A stretch of DNA of 64,000 nucleotides from IMG/VR virus record IMGVR_UViG_2744054962_000001; one strand, written 5' to 3'. This document shows positions 49,994 to 59,188 of this stretch, one piece after another. Source of the DNA: a virus. Taxonomy: Duplodnaviria > Heunggongvirae > Uroviricota > Caudoviricetes. Under the pieces are notes generated by a model. That model saw only the letters and a list, made by a program, of their open reading frames with translations. It had not been told where the DNA came from and did no database searches. How positions within the stretch are numbered: position 1 is the first letter of the stretch; the number at the start of each line of letters is the position of its first letter. Both the position numbers and the translations under genes were made by a program.

Positions 49994-50746
49994 ATGCATT
50001 CGTTAGTATTTGCATTTAAAAACATACTCAAGAATGTTATAAACATACTAGGGATGTTAAATATTTTTTTGTCTGTGAGGGTGAGGAGAAAAGATATAAA
50101 AGATAAATTAAAGGAACTTAACAAAGAAAAAGAACAATTAAAAAGCGAAGAAATTATTATTGATTTATACAAGAAAAAACTCGCATCTAGCAAGGGGAAA
50201 GCTAATGATAAAATCAAAGGAAAAATAATTCACTATATTATTGCTAGAGAGTTGGGGAATGATCCTGATAATGAAGATTTGCGACATAATCTTTTTACAA
50301 AGATAAAAGAATCAGAAGAACAGGTTGAAGTTCTGGTTCATCAAAGAGAAGTAAGTGAGCAGGCGAACAAAAAAGAAACGGTTGTCAATTTGTTTTTATT
50401 GTATGAAAAAAATAAATTGTTTAAAGCTAAGGGGTTGGCTGTGTTTCTTATAGTTATAAACTTAATTATAGTTGCGACTCTCGATCTTCCAGCTTGGTCA
50501 TTGATTATAAGTTTTTTTATTCTCTCTTTGATTATGTTGAAAGATCAGATACTTACTATTCGTGTCTCTAAAGGATATTTTGGCACAAGTGCGTATGAAG
50601 CGGTTCAATTGCTTAAATTCATCAGAGAAAATTCAGACAAATTTGACTCAGATGATAATGACGGTAGCCCACGACGGATATTGAATCCGAAGGGAACAAC
50701 AAAAAAATCAGACAACCTATTCGATAAAGGGTGGCAAAATGTTTGA
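49994..50746 (+). CDS. Hypothetical membrane protein (250 aa), AT-rich
   Basis: GGAG RBS; K/E-rich N-terminal region then two hydrophobic segments. Confidence 0.5.
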   Translation: MHSLVFAFKNILKNVINILGMLNIFLSVRVRRKDIKDKLKELNKEKEQLKSEEIIIDLYKKKLASSKGKANDKIKGKIIHYIIARELGNDPDNEDLRHNLFTKIKESEEQVEVLVHQREVSEQANKKETVVNLFLLYEKNKLFKAKGLAVFLIVINLIIVATLDLPAWSLIISFFILSLIMLKDQILTIRVSKGYFGTSAYEAVQLLKFIRENSDKFDSDDNDGSPRRILNPKGTTKKSDNLFDKGWQNV

Positions 50747-51161
50747 CCTTGACGCCATCACTAAGTTCTTAAATCAGTGTTTTGATCTACTTTTGCTCAA
50801 GCAGCCTTTAAGAACTGTTTTCGGAATACTGATTGGTTTCATTATTTTTGTTTTTGTTTACACGTTTAGGTTTGCGATAGCTCAAGATTTTTATGAAATA
50901 GATGGTGTGCATTACGCTGCATGTTTCGTCATCGGTGTTTTAGTTGTTCACACAAGAACATTTTTTGACGTTATCAAGGGCACCGCAGTTGATGAAGAAA
51001 TAGATAGTATGATCAGAGTTATTACGAAGCAGCCACACCTATCTAACCATCAAAAAAACATAATGATTGCTGAAATACTTCAAAAAGAAATTGCAGCCAT
51101 AAGTCAAAAGAGATTGGATAAAGTTGCACAAGAAATAACGGAGAAAAAGACAACTGATTAA
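50739..51161 (+). CDS. Hypothetical membrane protein (140 aa), AT-rich
   Basis: Start overlaps upstream stop; two predicted TM helices. Confidence 0.5.
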   Translation: MFDLDAITKFLNQCFDLLLLKQPLRTVFGILIGFIIFVFVYTFRFAIAQDFYEIDGVHYAACFVIGVLVVHTRTFFDVIKGTAVDEEIDSMIRVITKQPHLSNHQKNIMIAEILQKEIAAISQKRLDKVAQEITEKKTTD

Positions 51162-51169
51162 TTTAATTA

Positions 51170-51224
51170 CCTGTTTCTGTATATAAATAATAAGTAACTT
51201 ATTAAATATATATACGGAAGCAGG
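51170..51224. repeat. ~55-bp AT-rich imperfect palindrome, copy B
   Basis: CCTGTTTCTGTATATAAATAATAAGTAACTTATTAAATATATATACGGAAGCAGG; flanking TTAAAGAC indicates inverted orientation relative to copy A. Confidence 0.8.
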
Positions 51225-51307
51225 TCTTTTAAAAGACACCCACCAGAACAACTCCCTTCCGTTTCCACTTCCAAAAACTGCCACCAGTCGCTATCATCCG
51301 CTCATTG

Positions 51308-51330
51308 TGATAAGTAAGTAACTACCTACC
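51308..51330 (+). promoter_or_regulatory. ATAAGTA-family motif
   Basis: TGATAAGTAAGTAACTACCTACC upstream of 51342 gene. Confidence 0.45.
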
Positions 51331-51341
51331 AGGTGAGCCAC

Positions 51342-52082
51342 ATGAGCCAAATCTTTTTCGATACCATCGACAACAACCAGTACGACTTCATGACAGAGTG
51401 GAATACCGCTGTTATGGACAAGTGGGTTGCTGAAAACATTGGTTTGTCGCGCTGTAAAGACGAGGCTGAACTCTTCGAGACGAAGTGGTTTGATTATCGC
51501 GACATGCATCCTCTCATGGCCACCTGTCTTTTTACGGAGGCATACAAACGTCAGTACTCAAATATCATGCTGACGCACGGTCGCGAACACTTTGAAACAG
51601 CTCCGTTCACCACCGGGTTAAAACGTCTGCCTTATCAGGAGTTGTCGACTGCCAACAAAACGTCGCTATGGAAAGCACGCCAGTTTGCGGATCGCTATTG
51701 CTGCTCATACGACTACTTTATCTCCACCGTTCTTTCCGCAGCTGCACGACGGCTGTGGGACAAGCTGCCGCGCCCACAGCATTTGTGGCAGCCAGAACTG
51801 ATTGAGATATTTGAAGAGAAATTAGCCAGACGCGCAACAACCCGTCTGGATGACTCTCTGGTTAGCTTTAAGCATATGGGAGACATGCAGTTCAACCCGA
51901 TTCAGGAAAGCTATTTTGAGTGGATTCTGGAGCGTTTGCGCACCATCCCTCGCAGTAAGCGCATACGCGCAATTTTCTCCGCTATCTGGCTAATGGAAAT
52001 CGTTCCAGAGCGCCTTATTTCCGCCCACTTTCCAGAAGAACTGGAAGAAGCACGGCGGTTTATTGATCCCCTATCTAATTAA
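51342..52082 (+). CDS. Hypothetical protein (246 aa), possible replication initiation or helicase-loading factor by position
   Basis: AGGTG RBS; precedes DnaB-like helicase. Confidence 0.45.
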   Translation: MSQIFFDTIDNNQYDFMTEWNTAVMDKWVAENIGLSRCKDEAELFETKWFDYRDMHPLMATCLFTEAYKRQYSNIMLTHGREHFETAPFTTGLKRLPYQELSTANKTSLWKARQFADRYCCSYDYFISTVLSAAARRLWDKLPRPQHLWQPELIEIFEEKLARRATTRLDDSLVSFKHMGDMQFNPIQESYFEWILERLRTIPRSKRIRAIFSAIWLMEIVPERLISAHFPEELEEARRFIDPLSN

Positions 52083-52091
52083 CTAATACTA

Positions 52092-52106
52092 GAAAACAAT
52101 TTGTTT
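52092..52106. promoter_or_regulatory. Operator palindrome GAAAACAATTTGTTT upstream of helicase gene
   Basis: Member of AAACAAnTTGTTT family, 20 nt before ATG 52126. Confidence 0.55.
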
Positions 52107-52125
52107 AAAAAACAAAGGAAAGCAC

Positions 52126-53466
52126 ATGACCGAACTTTGCCATACAGGACGCGGGCTGTCCGAAGAGTTTGATGAAGATTTCCAGAACAGACTGACGGCA
52201 TATTTTTGTCGTGATCACGAGTTTCTTACTCGTGCGGGAGATCTGGTTGTGCCTAGCCAATTTGCCAATGCGGCCAATGCCATATTGGTTAATATGGTTT
52301 CGGGCTATTACCGTATGTACAAGAGCGCGCCCTCTTCATCTGCAATTCTGGATATGCTTAAGCGTGCGAAACGCGATAAGACTATCCGTGAGGAACTATT
52401 CGCCGATGTTGTTGCTGCGTTTAAGCGCATCCTTGCAGAAAAATTGTCCGATACCTCGTACATGGTTGACCAGGTATCAACCTTCGCAAAAAGCGTAGCG
52501 TTTGATGATGCTCTGATTAAGGCTGCTGAACTGAAAGAGAAAGGCGACTTTCAGGGGGCGATGGCAATCATGGCCAAGGTTCAGCAGATTGGATCGAACG
52601 AAGCGACCGGAATCTATGACTACTACACCTCCGCAAGTGAGCGATTGAAAGCGCGTGAATATGAGGCTTCAGAGGAGTATGTACCAAACAGTATTACAAC
52701 TGGACTCCCTCTTCTCGATAGGTTGCTGTACCAAAAAGGCTGGGCAAAGCGCGAAATGGTGCTCTTCATGGGGTTCGCTAAATCCGGTAAATCGACCGCA
52801 ATGGGTGAGTTTTCCATAAACGCAACGCTTGCTGGCTACAATGTTCTGTATCTCTCGCTGGAGGTTCACACCACCATTTTATCCGACCGTTTTGATGCAA
52901 GATTGTCGGAGACGGAAATGTCCAAGCTGGTGGAACGGCGCGATGAGGTTCATCGTAAGTTGGCAGAGTTGGGAGCCACGAAGGGGATTGGTAGTTTGTG
53001 GGTTGTTGAGCGTCCGTCAGGAAGTATGTCACCGGCAGACCTGGATCGTATGCTTAACAGCATGAAAGCCAATGGCATGGTGCCTGACATGGTTGTTGTC
53101 GACTACGCAGATTTGATGCGTGCCAGTTATGACCTTCGTGATGATCGCGCCAACATTCGTAGTATCTACACCGATTTACGTGCTCTTTATGACAAGCATA
53201 ACGTTGCTGGTATCACGGCGTCGCAAACAAACCGTGAAGGTGGCGCGTCAGAAGTTGCCACAATGATGCACGCTGCCGACAACATCGAAAAAGTACGTAT
53301 TGCTGACCTGGTAATAACGATCAACAAAACCGAAGAAGAAGAAGCGAAAGGAGAGGCTCGTCTCTACTTTGCTGGTTCGCGTAACCAGCAGGGAGGGATC
53401 AGCATTCGCGTTAAACAAAACCTCGAACAAATGCGCTTCATTGAGCGAATCTTAGACGTTACCTAA
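52126..53466 (+). CDS. DnaB-family replicative helicase
   Basis: Walker A GFAKSGKST, Walker B VVVDYADL, SQTNR motif; 446 aa. Confidence 0.8.
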   Translation: MTELCHTGRGLSEEFDEDFQNRLTAYFCRDHEFLTRAGDLVVPSQFANAANAILVNMVSGYYRMYKSAPSSSAILDMLKRAKRDKTIREELFADVVAAFKRILAEKLSDTSYMVDQVSTFAKSVAFDDALIKAAELKEKGDFQGAMAIMAKVQQIGSNEATGIYDYYTSASERLKAREYEASEEYVPNSITTGLPLLDRLLYQKGWAKREMVLFMGFAKSGKSTAMGEFSINATLAGYNVLYLSLEVHTTILSDRFDARLSETEMSKLVERRDEVHRKLAELGATKGIGSLWVVERPSGSMSPADLDRMLNSMKANGMVPDMVVVDYADLMRASYDLRDDRANIRSIYTDLRALYDKHNVAGITASQTNREGGASEVATMMHAADNIEKVRIADLVITINKTEEEEAKGEARLYFAGSRNQQGGISIRVKQNLEQMRFIERILDVT

Positions 53467-53473
53467 AAAATAA

Positions 53474-53494
53474 GCGTGGAGAACACCTCCACGC
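53474..53494 (+). terminator. Hairpin after helicase gene
   Basis: GCGTGGAG-AACAC-CTCCACGC; lies inside the N-terminal extension of track ORF 53476. Confidence 0.5.
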
Positions 53495-53547
53495 TTGATT
53501 CATTGGTGAAACAACTTTTCTTTTGCCAAACCACAAAAGAAAAACAC

Positions 53548-54729
53548 ATGAGCCTTTATGTTATATCAACATTTAGGTTGGTCACAATATTGCCTGTTAA
53601 AAGTGGAATTATCGTGAGCGAGCTGAAAGAGCTAATTACCGAATTAGATTTTGAACAATGGTTGGATACTGAAGGTATCGTTTATCGACGTGGAGGCGTG
53701 AGTACTCGCGGTCGTGAAGTGAATATCAAGGAGTGTCCGGTATGCGGCAGCTCCAACTGGAAGGTATATTTCAATCTGACCAGTGGCGTCGGTAAATGCT
53801 TCGCTGGTGATCATCCCGAAGAGATTCAGTTCAATAAGCTGGTCTTCCTCAAGCACTACAGCGGTAAATCACGACGACAGTTCGAGGAATATGTGCAGAA
53901 CGCTCTTCTTTCCCAGGGGTGGGCACCAAAGAAAGAAGAGATAGTGCTTGCAAGCACAGTCGAGTTAGAGGGACCAGTTGCACTCCCTCGTCATTACGAT
54001 CTTCCTATAGATGGCCATCTTCCAGACTATCTGGTTGAACGAAATATATCGCCTGAAATGGCAAAGTATTTTGACCTACGATACTGCGTCGAAGGCAAGC
54101 ACGCTTATGTAGATCCGTATACAGATCAGGTTAAAGGACAGATTTTCGATATGCGAATACTGATACCGGTTTACGATCTGGATGGGGTAATGAAGACATT
54201 TCAAGGACGAGACATTACCGGTACAGCAGAACGCCGCTACCTCTTCCCTATGCAGCTGCCGGCGTCGGGTAAGTTTCTCTACAACGGCCACAACGCAGTC
54301 GGGAAACAAACAGTCGTTGTGTGTGAAGGGGCATTTGACGTAATGGGCGTGAAGCGAGCCATCTTCGACGAAAAGACGCTGAGGGATTATGTAGAGCCAA
54401 TTGGCACGTTCGGGATGCACTTGTCCGGAAATATGAATGAGGACGCTGAAGATCAGTTGGGCGCGTTCCTGACGCTCAAGGCGCGTGGATTACGCAACGT
54501 CATCATGATGTGGGATAGCGAGAAGCAAGCGATCCGCAACACCATGTCGGCGGCCAAACGCCTCACCAGCATCGGACTAAATGTCAAAGTGGCCTGTCTG
54601 GGCGAAGAAGGTCTCGACCCCGGCGACGCGACGCCAGAGCAGATCCTCAAAGCCTATTATCGTGCCAAGCCTTACTCCAAACAGCTGGAGTTAAAATGCA
54701 AAGTGCTCGGTATCAAGTCACTCGTGTAG
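53548..54729 (+). CDS. DNA primase (zinc-ribbon plus TOPRIM)
   Basis: Zn ribbon CPVCGSSNWKVYFNLTSGVGKCF; TOPRIM-like VCEGAFD and MWDSE; start uncertain (53476 GTG or 53548 ATG). Confidence 0.75.
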   Translation: MSLYVISTFRLVTILPVKSGIIVSELKELITELDFEQWLDTEGIVYRRGGVSTRGREVNIKECPVCGSSNWKVYFNLTSGVGKCFAGDHPEEIQFNKLVFLKHYSGKSRRQFEEYVQNALLSQGWAPKKEEIVLASTVELEGPVALPRHYDLPIDGHLPDYLVERNISPEMAKYFDLRYCVEGKHAYVDPYTDQVKGQIFDMRILIPVYDLDGVMKTFQGRDITGTAERRYLFPMQLPASGKFLYNGHNAVGKQTVVVCEGAFDVMGVKRAIFDEKTLRDYVEPIGTFGMHLSGNMNEDAEDQLGAFLTLKARGLRNVIMMWDSEKQAIRNTMSAAKRLTSIGLNVKVACLGEEGLDPGDATPEQILKAYYRAKPYSKQLELKCKVLGIKSLV

Positions 54730-54730
54730 T

Positions 54731-55828
54731 TTAAGTTGTGGGAGACAGACGGTTCAGGACAAACGCTGCGATATTATTTAGTGCTATATTTAGCAAACTT
54801 GCATCATATGTTTGGTCGTTATCCTTAGGTTTAAAATTGCTGATACTGACTGTCTCACTGTGCTCATTTTCATAGAAACGTTTACTGCTTGAATCTAGGC
54901 GTTTGAGGACGTAAATTTGCCCAAATTCAATCCACTCACCTTCACCATTGAGTCCGCTCCCTGTTTTGACTGAGATGAAGTACTTTGCCAGCTTGGTTGT
55001 AATGCAGTCTTCATTTTTTTCTATGCAAACCTTAATGCCGGCGGCTTTCAAACTACGATAAATGCTGTTTGGATATGCCCCACTATAGATTTCGCTGCTT
55101 TCAATGATAATGACGTCGTATTCTTCCTTTGGCTCAATAGATAAAGCTTCAGGCTCCAAATCATCCTTGTGAAAAATAAATCCTAAAAGACGCTCAAGTT
55201 CATCTGTTAATTTGAACATGGGGTTCGCTTGGATCTCGCCAGCCCTGTCTTCGTAGACGAGCCCCGAGGTTATGAGCTTATTTAGCGATCTCAGAGCCAT
55301 TCCACTTTTTTGTGATGTGAGGCTAACTTGGGCTAATACAGTTGATTTATAGCCTTTTATTGGCGAGCTTGTTGTGATGTAAAGTTTGCGCGCATATTCA
55401 ATATCAAAGCAGGTTAACCCACTCAGTATGTGGATAAAAAATAGTTTTTCATCGTCGTTAAGGCTGCTGCGGGCTAGGCTTACCGTCAAGCGAATGTAGT
55501 ATTCTGTTTTCTTGTCTTCATCATCAAGCACGAGCTTTTTGACTAACGCCGAAAAGTGTTCTCTTGAGATATCGACCTCATCGTCGCAAATTTCACCAAT
55601 GCCCATAATGTAACGGTTGAATCGATCACGACAAGTCGTCGCATTTATCTCTGAGAACAACGTGAACATTTTTTCCGCTGCCTCAATATGAGGTCCAACA
55701 AGCGGTATAGATTTGGCAAACGCCAAACCAGTTTCTTTCAATACCTTCCTGTGTTGCATCACGTTTTTGGACAACGTTGTCATAGACCTAAGCCTTGTGT
55801 GTTTAACGTATGAGTTAAGTGAAATCAT
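54731..55828 (-). CDS. Hypothetical protein (365 aa), AT-rich, convergent with primase
   Basis: Opposite orientation to flanking replication genes; stop 2 nt from primase stop; alternative start ATG 55783. Confidence 0.55.
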   Translation of the reverse strand: MISLNSYVKHTRLRSMTTLSKNVMQHRKVLKETGLAFAKSIPLVGPHIEAAEKMFTLFSEINATTCRDRFNRYIMGIGEICDDEVDISREHFSALVKKLVLDDEDKKTEYYIRLTVSLARSSLNDDEKLFFIHILSGLTCFDIEYARKLYITTSSPIKGYKSTVLAQVSLTSQKSGMALRSLNKLITSGLVYEDRAGEIQANPMFKLTDELERLLGFIFHKDDLEPEALSIEPKEEYDVIIIESSEIYSGAYPNSIYRSLKAAGIKVCIEKNEDCITTKLAKYFISVKTGSGLNGEGEWIEFGQIYVLKRLDSSSKRFYENEHSETVSISNFKPKDNDQTYDASLLNIALNNIAAFVLNRLSPTT

Positions 55829-55900
55829 ATAGAAGTGACCTGACAGCTACAACTGGACAAGATTAAGAGCATTTTTTATAAACGAAAATAAACGCCTACA

Positions 55901-55925
55901 TTGATAAGTAGATACATACTTATAT
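55901..55925 (+). promoter_or_regulatory. ATAAGTA-family motif (ATAAGTA..TACTTAT inverted repeat)
   Basis: TTGATAAGTAGATACATACTTATAT upstream of 55967. Confidence 0.45.
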
Positions 55926-55966
55926 TTCTGTAAGAATATGCTCGACGAAGGAATTGAGGAACCTTT

Positions 55967-56761
55967 ATGAAAGCAGATATTCAGAAGTCCGTTACCGAAA
56001 TCATCGACAAATCAGGCGTAGAAATTGATACAGAAGAGCGCCAGAAGATTATCGATGAGGCGATCCAGACTGCGCTGGAGCACATCGCCACGTCTGTGAG
56101 CACCGCACCTCTTTCGGAAGGCTCGAAATACATGCGGGTCTGGGTTCGTTTTGGGGAGTCCCCGGAGCTGCCTGGTGTTAAACAGAAACGCGCGGCACTC
56201 GTGGCGTTCACTCGCAAAATGAAGGACGCAACGGTCGAAGTACGCGCCGGTGCATGGTACGACGGTCGCGTTGTCTACACCAATCAGGCAGTGTGCGATG
56301 AAGGTGAACGGTTTGAGGAAATTGTCGACGCGACTCTTCGCGCGATCAAAGGCAGGGCTGGCGTAGAGGATGATCCTTCTATCGCGGCGTTCCTGAGCAT
56401 TGTCGAACTGCCTGAAGTTACCGAACGCGTTACAGATCTGACAACCCCACCTGGTTTGCTGGAGTTGGTGGTCAGTGGCGATACCAAAAAAGCCGTTGAG
56501 CGCATTCGTGAGGTGGAATACGGCATCATCTGCGATATGTGCCGCAGCGACTTAGACCTGGTGCGCATCATTGTCGACGCGGGTCAGACATGTGACGGTG
56601 TGCTCGCCAGTTTTGCAGGGCAGGTGGCACGCCTGGCCAACGAGCTGCCGATGATTAAACAGGAGGCAAAATCCTACGCCGTCCACCATGCCAACGATTT
56701 ACTGGAACCATACCGGTTCGAAGCCGCTCAGGACAAAATGACTGGCTGGGCTACCTGGTAA
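55967..56761 (+). CDS. Hypothetical protein (264 aa)
   Basis: GAGGA RBS; strong terminator follows. Confidence 0.55.
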   Translation: MKADIQKSVTEIIDKSGVEIDTEERQKIIDEAIQTALEHIATSVSTAPLSEGSKYMRVWVRFGESPELPGVKQKRAALVAFTRKMKDATVEVRAGAWYDGRVVYTNQAVCDEGERFEEIVDATLRAIKGRAGVEDDPSIAAFLSIVELPEVTERVTDLTTPPGLLELVVSGDTKKAVERIREVEYGIICDMCRSDLDLVRIIVDAGQTCDGVLASFAGQVARLANELPMIKQEAKSYAVHHANDLLEPYRFEAAQDKMTGWATW

Positions 56762-56779
56762 GCCTTGATAAACCATTTA

Positions 56780-56800
56780 GCCCCCTGGTGGGGCTTTTTT
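56780..56800 (+). terminator. Rho-independent terminator
   Basis: GCCCCC-TGGT-GGGGC followed by TTTTTT. Confidence 0.7.
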
Positions 56801-56810
56801 AAACTGCGCT

Positions 56811-56834
56811 CAATAAGTAAGTACACGACTACGG
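56811..56834 (+). promoter_or_regulatory. ATAAGTA-family motif
   Basis: CAATAAGTAAGTACACGACTACGG after terminator, before 56843. Confidence 0.45.
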
Positions 56835-56842
56835 TTAGAAGC

Positions 56843-57307
56843 ATGTCCACAAAAACAGATTTGTCGAAAATCCCGTCTATCTCCGGAAACAACGGTTATT
56901 CGCTGCGCTGTCAGGAAGTGAAGATCAACGGCCATGAGGCCCATTGCAGCTATACAGTCTGCCAGCACACCATCCTCGCCTACAAAGAGAAGCGTCTCCC
57001 AGCGACATCGTTCCAGTCCTGCGCTGCGGCCATTGCTGCTGGAAAATGCCAGGCGCTGAAGATGATGGTCGAAGAGATCCGCAAAGGCGAACAGCTCTAC
57101 TTCATCGATATGGCTACGCTTATCAAAGAAGTGGAAGAGCAAAACGACCACGCCAGAACGCTTACCCGGAAGCGCAACACCATGACGATTCAACGCACGA
57201 AGAAAACAGAACCAGCCAAACCCGAAACCACGTCCACCGATTCACTGGCGCCTGTCACTGACGTGTACGCGGCACTCATTGAAGAAGCAACCAAAGAAAA
57301 CACATGA
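56843..57307 (+). CDS. Hypothetical protein (154 aa) with Cys/His cluster
   Basis: HEAHCSYTVCQH segment; start after terminator and promoter motif (track start 56765). Confidence 0.45.
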   Translation: MSTKTDLSKIPSISGNNGYSLRCQEVKINGHEAHCSYTVCQHTILAYKEKRLPATSFQSCAAAIAAGKCQALKMMVEEIRKGEQLYFIDMATLIKEVEEQNDHARTLTRKRNTMTIQRTKKTEPAKPETTSTDSLAPVTDVYAALIEEATKENT

Positions 57308-57341
57308 AAACTCCCGAGCGACCGATGGAGGTTAAACACTA

Positions 57342-58664
57342 ATGGAAAAACTGATCGCCCTAAAGCACAAGCTGGATGCCATAAAAACGATGGGAACCAA
57401 CGCCAAAAAAGAGGCGCTGGCCAACCTTGATAAATTTGAGCAGAGCATGGTCTCGCTAATGCTCAACCCATTCATTCGATTCGGTGTGAAGAAGTACAAA
57501 GTGGTCGAGCCACTCGATACTTCCGTACCCATCGACCAGAAGGTAGTCGAGCTGCTGGAGAAGCTGGCGGCGCGCGAACTGACCGGGAACGCGGCCATTA
57601 CTGCTGTTGAGTCTATCGTGGCGTCAATGTGCGCCGATGGGCAGGACGTGTTCCGTCGTTTCCTCTTAAAAGACCCAAAAGCGGGTGTTGGGATTAGCCT
57701 ATGCAACAAGGTTTTTGAAAATCCCATTCCGAAATTCGAGGTGCAGCTGGCGTCACCGTATAAAGAAAAAGGCGACAAATACCCCTTCAAGCCAAACCCT
57801 AAAGCAAAATGGCCTATGATTGGCAGCCTTAAGCTCGATGGTTTGCGAGTAATTTGCGAGGTTATTGTTGACGAAGAAGAGGTTAACTTCCTTTCTCGTA
57901 CTGGTAATCCAATCACGTCTCTCGATCACCTAAAGCCAGCCATGCTCGAATTAGGCAAACTTTCAGGCCACAAACACATCTTCTTCGATGGTGAAGGAAC
58001 TGCCGGTTCATTTAACCAGTCCGTATCTGCATTGCGCAAAAAGAACGTGCAGGCAATTGGCGCTATTTATCATGTTTTCGACTTCTTCCTACCGGAATGG
58101 CGGGCACAGGCTAAATCCAAAGAGTATGCAAAGACAGGTATGAAGCTGAAAGAGCGCCTGGCTATTCTCGTGGCGTTGTTCAAAAACGATCGCAGTGAAG
58201 GCTACGCACAAGACATTCACCTGCATCCGTTCTATATCATCCATAGCCACGAAGACTTCATCGAACGCTTCATGAAACGCCTGGACGATAACGAAGAAGG
58301 GGAGATGGGCAAAGATCCGAACTCTGTTTACGAGTTTAAACGTACCCGCAGCTGGTGGAAGTTAAAAGACGAAGATTCAGAAGATGGTGAAATTATCGAT
58401 TTTGAGCCGGGCGATCCGGACTCTGGTTTTGCCAACACGCTTGGAAAAATTGTTATTCGTCTTGAAAACGGCGTCATCGTTCGTGCGAGCGGTATTAAGC
58501 ATAAATATCTGGACGAGATCTGGAACAACAAAGAGAAGTACCGTGGTCGTATTGTTGAGGTTCATTGTCACGAGAAAACACTGGATGGCAGCTTACGCCA
58601 CCCCCGACTGAAATGGCCGCGTTGCTTACGCGATACAGAAGATCGAATCGGAGATAAAGAATGA
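57342..58664 (+). CDS. ATP-dependent DNA ligase
   Basis: Adenylation motif I KLDGLR; motif III-like FFDGEG; GGAGG RBS. Confidence 0.8.
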   Translation: MEKLIALKHKLDAIKTMGTNAKKEALANLDKFEQSMVSLMLNPFIRFGVKKYKVVEPLDTSVPIDQKVVELLEKLAARELTGNAAITAVESIVASMCADGQDVFRRFLLKDPKAGVGISLCNKVFENPIPKFEVQLASPYKEKGDKYPFKPNPKAKWPMIGSLKLDGLRVICEVIVDEEEVNFLSRTGNPITSLDHLKPAMLELGKLSGHKHIFFDGEGTAGSFNQSVSALRKKNVQAIGAIYHVFDFFLPEWRAQAKSKEYAKTGMKLKERLAILVALFKNDRSEGYAQDIHLHPFYIIHSHEDFIERFMKRLDDNEEGEMGKDPNSVYEFKRTRSWWKLKDEDSEDGEIIDFEPGDPDSGFANTLGKIVIRLENGVIVRASGIKHKYLDEIWNNKEKYRGRIVEVHCHEKTLDGSLRHPRLKWPRCLRDTEDRIGDKE

Positions 58665-58840
58665 TGCTCGGCTGGATGATTGCATTTTTAGCAGTTGGTT
58701 TTTTCATAGGTATTGTGGTGATGTCCAGTTGCATTAATGACTACATTAAAAACGGTGTTATAGAAAGACGCGGTCGCATTTATCGCATTGTAGAAATAAC
58801 CAACACCGTGAAGGAGATTAAGGATGATCGTATTAAGTAA
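58661..58840 (+). CDS. Small single-pass membrane protein (59 aa)
   Basis: ATGA overlap with ligase stop; GGAG RBS; TM helix then RGRIYRIVEIT motif; paralogue at 59036. Confidence 0.45.
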   Translation: MMLGWMIAFLAVGFFIGIVVMSSCINDYIKNGVIERRGRIYRIVEITNTVKEIKDDRIK

Positions 58841-59039
58841 ACGGGAGAAGGAAACGCTTCATGAAATCAGTAAGTGGCCGGAGTTCCCTGAGTACTGGAA
58901 GCCTAAAACGCGAGCTAAGTTAGAGCGGTTAGGGTTGGTTGCAAACGTTTCTGAAACGAAGTGTTCGGCCAACTACCAGTTAACTGATAAAGGGAAAGTA
59001 TTGCTACAGCAATTAGTAGAATCAGGAGTGTTAAAATGA
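58824..59039 (+). CDS. Hypothetical protein (71 aa)
   Basis: AAGGAG RBS; overlaps 3' end of 58661..58840 in another frame. Confidence 0.45.
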   Translation: MIVLSKREKETLHEISKWPEFPEYWKPKTRAKLERLGLVANVSETKCSANYQLTDKGKVLLQQLVESGVLK

Positions 59040-59188
59040 TTCCATACATCTCATTAGCTTTTATGGGTGGCTTCCTTATCGGCTTCGGCATCTGTCGTGA
59101 TTTAATTAAGCAGGAACTTAAAACCAAAACACTGTGCATCGGAAAGCGTGTGTATCGGGTAGTTCATGAAACAAAGGTTAGAAAATGA
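59036..59188 (+). CDS. Small single-pass membrane protein (50 aa), paralogue of 58661..58840
   Basis: ATGA overlap with upstream stop; AGGAG RBS; TM helix then GKRVYRVVHET motif. Confidence 0.4.
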   Translation: MIPYISLAFMGGFLIGFGICRDLIKQELKTKTLCIGKRVYRVVHETKVRK

